A DNA stretch of 64,000 nt. Source: an uncultured Gammaproteobacteria bacterium. Lineage in GTDB: Bacteria > Patescibacteriota > Patescibacteriia > UBA9934. Below the pieces are notes generated by a model that had not been told where the DNA came from, made no database searches, and saw nothing but the letters and a program-made list of their open reading frames with translations. The position numbers were made by a program, and so were the translations under genes. Below, piece after piece: positions 59,678 to 64,000 of this stretch (position 1 is the first letter of the stretch; each line of letters opens with the position of its first letter). The stretch lies in the NCBI GenBank assembly GCA_964582615.1, contig CAZORP010000006.1, positions 3,426-67,425 on the forward strand, written 5' to 3'.

Positions 59678-60427
59678 ATGAAGAAAAAATCAGTCATCAT
59701 CGGACTCCTAATTGTTCTCCTAGACATTGTTTTTATTTCTATTCTCATTATTTGGCAGACTGGTCTTCTACTGAACAAACTTGATTGGACCGCTCAGCTG
59801 GCCATCTGGGCACACAGCCCTGAAAAGTGCGAGGCACTAGCGCCTACCGAAAGTGTCCCGGCAGGTCCGAATGATGCCAAGGGTACGCCGTATACCGTCT
59901 ATCCTCGCGACGTTTGCTTGTCCTATTACCTTCATGCGACAGCGGATGCAACCACCTGCGACAAAATGACTGAGCAGAAGCATCGTAACCTTTGTTTTGA
60001 TTATCTAGCCGAAGTCTTTACTGATCCGCTTTGGTGCGACAGCGCATGGTCAACAAGTGAGTTGCTTAATATCCAATGTAAAGCTCGAGTGACAGGCGAT
60101 ATCACCCTGTGTGACGGAATAGACGGCTTGGGTTCTGTAGATGAGTATCTGACCCAAAAGGCCATGTGTATTAGTGCGGTGGCTTATACCAATAGAGATT
60201 ACACTCAGTGCTTAACTATTACCGCAACGCCCGAACGAACGGATACAACCCGAAACGCATGTTTATTAGACGCTGTGTGTGATAAGCCAGAATTGCGAGA
60301 GGTTGTTTGTGAACTCATAGACTATACAGATGAGTCCTGGCATAAAAGCAAGGACAAGTGTTTAGAAGAAACCGGATTTTGTTCCGATCTCTGGAATTCA
60401 CGATATGCCGTTCCATTTAAGAGGTAG
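59678..60427 (+). CDS. membrane-anchored Cys-rich repeat protein
   Basis: N-terminal TM helix, repeated C...A....D...C units. Confidence 0.7.
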   Translation: MKKKSVIIGLLIVLLDIVFISILIIWQTGLLLNKLDWTAQLAIWAHSPEKCEALAPTESVPAGPNDAKGTPYTVYPRDVCLSYYLHATADATTCDKMTEQKHRNLCFDYLAEVFTDPLWCDSAWSTSELLNIQCKARVTGDITLCDGIDGLGSVDEYLTQKAMCISAVAYTNRDYTQCLTITATPERTDTTRNACLLDAVCDKPELREVVCELIDYTDESWHKSKDKCLEETGFCSDLWNSRYAVPFKR

Positions 60428-60723
60428 CTGCAAGTCAATCTGATTTTCGAGGGAAGCTGAAGCAGATCTATGATCAAGCGTTGAAGAAGCAAAAAGAAAT
60501 GATGGTCGGTGCATCACAGATCGCGCTCGACGCTAAAACCGAAGAATTTCAACAAAGCTATTTTGCCATGTACCGCTTCGCTAACTATGGATCGCATGAA
60601 TTCACATCTACTGAATCGTTCGATATCTCGATATTGGCGGATGCCGATAGAAGAATTAACAATTTCTTTGACGTACTGAAGCTCGTCGATTTAGATCACT
60701 ATAAACACGTGACCAATCTTTAA
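60421..60723 (+). pseudogene. 5'-truncated C-terminal fragment resembling the tail of AAA_13/RloC-like proteins
   Basis: Open frame from 60421 with no convincing start; YRFANYGSH...DHY motif. Confidence 0.45.
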
Positions 60724-60770
60724 AGGCTTGTAATTTTTTATGTGGTTTCTGAACTGGTAGACTGCAAAAT

Positions 60771-61607
60771 ATGAAAACATATCGAAAGTATTACTCAATT
60801 AGAGCTGGAAAGAAAAATGCAGAAATGGATTTTAACGCCCTCCGTAAAATCTTTTTTAGCGTGTATCAGGAATTCTCAAATAGAGCATATTTTGATGAAT
60901 ATCTTGATGATTATTGCCCTGACTCATCCGGTGTAAATGGAAAAGTCGTGGACGTTTCCGCTTTCTTACTTCGTAAGTTACGGAAAGATAATCTGTGGCC
61001 GATACACCAACACTGGGAAGAATATTCGGAGGAAGATATTTTTGATCTTATAGAATTTTTATTTGATCACGTTTCCGCACCTATCGATGAGAATCCTACG
61101 CGTCACCCATTTTATAACCACTACCATTATGGGCATTTTGATCAAGAACGAGGTAAAGAAGAGTATAGAGACGCTATAAACGAGATGCTCAATGACTATG
61201 GTGCAGGATACGAATTAGGAGGTAACGGAGAAATTTACGCGCTCTTACAGGAAGAGTTTCGTCCACTGCTTGGAGCAAGTATTCCCACTACTGATACTGA
61301 TAATATAGAAAGCAAGATTTCCAAAGCGGTTAATAAATTTAGAAGATATGGCTCAACGCTTGATGAGCGTCACGAGGCGGTGCGGACGCTCGCCGATTGT
61401 TTAGAGTATCTTCGTGAAGACTTGAAGAAAGTCATCACACAAAAAGATGATGGAGATTTATTCCAAATAGCTAACAACTTCGGTATACGCCACCACAATG
61501 ATGTACAGAAGACCAATTATGACAGAACTATTTGGCTGAGTTGGATGTTTTACTTTTATCTCGCGACCCTACATGCAGGATTAAGACTTCTTGCGAGAAA
61601 AAAGTAA
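60771..61607 (+). CDS. AbiJ-like abortive infection protein (HEPN-like tail)
   Basis: DIFDLIEFL, LADCLEYLR, LFQIANNFGIRH. Confidence 0.7.
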   Translation: MKTYRKYYSIRAGKKNAEMDFNALRKIFFSVYQEFSNRAYFDEYLDDYCPDSSGVNGKVVDVSAFLLRKLRKDNLWPIHQHWEEYSEEDIFDLIEFLFDHVSAPIDENPTRHPFYNHYHYGHFDQERGKEEYRDAINEMLNDYGAGYELGGNGEIYALLQEEFRPLLGASIPTTDTDNIESKISKAVNKFRRYGSTLDERHEAVRTLADCLEYLREDLKKVITQKDDGDLFQIANNFGIRHHNDVQKTNYDRTIWLSWMFYFYLATLHAGLRLLARKK

Positions 61608-62058
61608 AGGATTCTCCTCATTCAGAAATACATAGAAGTACGGTTTGCTGTCGGCGTTTCTAACAATTTTCGCTTTCAACTCTCCACTTCGCGCCTTCGC
61701 TTGAACTGTGGTGTGGTGCTAGCCGTATTTTGACGTGAGCTGGCTTACCGAGAGCCACGTTTTATCGTCCAAGACCGCTGGCCCCGGGACGACACCTTCA
61801 TCGACTGCCTTTTGAGAGTGGGCACTTGAGACCGTACTGGTCGTACCAGGTCTCGTTATCTCTCATGGATCGACGGCAGAGGTTACAGTCGTAAATTCCG
61901 TAGGTTATCGGAAAGCCATTGGGTTCAGTTTTGAGACGCTCTTCCCACCCTTCAAGTCGCATCTGAATGCTCAGGAGTAGCTCGTCGAATTTCACAAATT
62001 GCCCGATTTCATCATCCGTAAACGTTTGGTTTTGTTCGTATCCTGTTCGTGTTTTCAT
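61608..62058 (-). pseudogene. disrupted paralog of the Zn-finger/HTH gene at 57271-57780
   Basis: Homology continues after a frameshift near 61815 (QKAVDEGVVPG...YG*HHTTV...GELKA...FLNEENP); TAG at 61719-61721 replaces Trp. Confidence 0.85.
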
Positions 62059-62120
62059 ATTTGTTAAAGCCCCTTTATTTTCGCTATTTTCGTTTGGGGT
62101 GACCCTCTGACGTATCGTCC

Positions 62121-62222
62121 CATTTGTCTCACTTTGATGAGACCCGGGTGCCTGTTTTGCCCCATCGAAAGACCCCTCAAACGTTGTCGAAAGATGAGTT
62201 CGAGACCCGTACGCCGAGCCAA
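62121..62222 (+). repeat. about 100-bp repeat, copy 2
   Basis: Matches 57849-57950; last 28 nt identical; followed by a GAAA-loop hairpin. Confidence 0.9.
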
Positions 62223-62287
62223 TGAGACTCGAACTGGAAACGGTTCGAGTCTTGTTTTAGACTAGAGAAGAGATAAGTTCTGAACTT

Positions 62288-63373
62288 GTGAAATCACGAG
62301 AAAATTTAAATGATCAAGAATATAGCGAAATAGAGGGTGATTTTAATATTTTCAAAAAATACGAAGGCGCCGATCAATTGCTCCGTGACTTACAAGCGCA
62401 GATAGGCTCAAATTGTGCGAAAGTTCGTCAGATTAGAAAGGGTAGTAACAATGGCTTGTTTGTTTTGACCTTAGATGACGGCCGTAAAATGGTCGCAAAG
62501 TTTTACCAACGTGATCACCGAACTCGATTACTGAGAGAATATTCTGCAAACACATTCTTATCTAAGCAAGACTTCTCAGTAGCGACTCCTATTATTAAAA
62601 ATCAGAAAAAAAACTATGGCGTATATTCCTACGAAGAAGGAGAATCGTTAAATGCCGCTGATGCTTTATCGAGAGACGTTGATCATCTCGCTGTTTTTTT
62701 GGTTCGCCTGCAGCAATTTCGACCATCGGAGGTGCCAAAGAGTTTCGATCGAGCTGTTGCAGTCATGGTCAATGTGCAAGAGGTACTTGATGACAATGAC
62801 CGTCGTATTTCAGCGCTTCAGCAAGCAGCCGCTGATGGAACGGCGCACCCATTGATCAGAGAGTTGCTTGATGTAGATTCACTTACCGACTCTATTCACG
62901 ATCTTACGCAGAGAATCTTGGCAGGATCTGCCGATACTTCTTGGCATGTCGCGCCTGATGATATGCGTCTCAGTCCAGTCGATTTTGGATTCCATAATGC
63001 CTTATTCCGAGGCGATACCCCTCCCGTGATTCTTGATTTGGAATACTTTGGCTGGGACGATCCGCTGCATCCCGTTGCAGATTTCATAGCTCACGATCAG
63101 ACCCTTGGCTTATCACCCCTATTGCGACAGCGATTCATTGACCGTTATGCCTATGGCGTGAATCTGCCCGACCATGAAAGAACTAGGCTTGATGAATTGA
63201 TTGCGCTGACAGAAGTAAAATGGATGGCTATTTACCTACTATCATTAACGCCAAAGTACATACAGAAACGATCCTTCGCTGCGGGCGGAAAGTTTGATGA
63301 AGAAAAGTACATTCGTGAACAGGTGAAAAAGATTGAGACCCGCAAATCCACCATCACGAATCAGACAACATAA
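62288..63373 (+). CDS. APH/choline kinase-like phosphotransferase
   Basis: GSNN, AKFY, SPVDFGFHN, ILDLEYFGWDDP. Confidence 0.85.
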   Translation: MKSRENLNDQEYSEIEGDFNIFKKYEGADQLLRDLQAQIGSNCAKVRQIRKGSNNGLFVLTLDDGRKMVAKFYQRDHRTRLLREYSANTFLSKQDFSVATPIIKNQKKNYGVYSYEEGESLNAADALSRDVDHLAVFLVRLQQFRPSEVPKSFDRAVAVMVNVQEVLDDNDRRISALQQAAADGTAHPLIRELLDVDSLTDSIHDLTQRILAGSADTSWHVAPDDMRLSPVDFGFHNALFRGDTPPVILDLEYFGWDDPLHPVADFIAHDQTLGLSPLLRQRFIDRYAYGVNLPDHERTRLDELIALTEVKWMAIYLLSLTPKYIQKRSFAAGGKFDEEKYIREQVKKIETRKSTITNQTT

Positions 63374-63530
63374 GCATCTGGCGGTTCAACCTTGTCCCAT
63401 CTCGTAGTTCTGAACCCGTTCAGCAATCGGAGCCAACAATTCCTCAGCAAAGATGCTGGGGTTTTGTTATTTAAGGCCGGCAAATCCATCAGGATTTTTT
63501 GGGTGATTTTTGATATAGTACTCGCGAACT

Positions 63531-64000
63531 ATGAAGTCCAAGAAAAGCACGAAAAATCAGCTTGCGGTCTATCAAGGCAAATCGGGAGCAATTGAGCTTA
63601 AGGCTGATGCGACAAAAGAGACGATTTGAGCTACACAGGCTCAAATTGCCGATATTTTTGTTGTTGAACGATCGGTGGTGACAAAACATATTCGCAATAT
63701 TCTTGCGGATAAAGAGTTGGTCGAAAAAAGCAATGTGCAAAAAATGCACATTGCAAATTCAGATAAGCCGGTAGCGTTTTACTCTCTTGATGTTATTTTA
63801 AGTGTTGGCTATAGAACAAATTCAAAGCGAGCTGTTGAATTTAGAAAGTGGGCTACAAGCGTTTTACGTCAGCACATTACGCTCGGGTACACTATCAATC
63901 GCTCCATGGTTGCGGCGCATTATGATGAATTTATAAAAGCCGTTGCAGATATCAAGGCGTTGCTTCCCACGAATCAGGTGGTTGATTCTGATAGTGTACT
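63531..64000 (+). pseudogene. RhuM-family DNA-binding protein with an in-frame TGA (runs off the window)
   Basis: MKSKK...KETI*ATQAQIADIF...YSLDVILSVGYRTNSKRA.EFRKWAT; TGA at 63627-63629 sits at the conserved Trp. Confidence 0.8.

Noticed and set aside
57849-62222. Repeats as a CRISPR array or as intact tRNAs
   Set aside because: Only two copies 4.3 kb apart; no D-arm or anticodon arm, and the T-stem and acceptor stem do not pair properly.
63627-63629. TGA recoding (alternative genetic code)
   Set aside because: Other genes here end in TGA (e.g. 8742 and 13514) and a second Trp codon is mutated to TAG at 61719, so nonsense mutation is simpler.

Overview
Genomic window from a bacterium using the standard genetic code, most likely Patescibacteria/CPR (inferred from short AlaS, RpoA without alphaCTD, degenerate PriA and a fused infA-rpsI operon). 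Bases 1-35.6 kb are housekeeping genes: gltX, clpB with a perfect CIRCE box, ppa, priA-def-fmt, a polysaccharide cluster, the alpha ribosomal operon, alaS, metG, rsmI and pepA, ending at tRNA-Asn(GTT). From 35.6 kb on is an accessory region anchored at that tRNA. It carries a large serine recombinase, a type I restriction-modification operon with an intact, AT-rich reverse transcriptase (YADD) between hsdS and hsdR, several nucleases, a ParB-MTase/MTase/TerS/TerL module with no capsid genes, and an RloC-like ABC ATPase. Three downstream echoes of the tRNA 3' end and several pseudogenes point to tandem accretion of related elements. The best candidate for a new system is the hsdM-hsdS-RT-hsdR operon, where the RT occupies the position PrrC holds in EcoprrI. 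A strongly structured unannotated RNA lies at 47351-47466.
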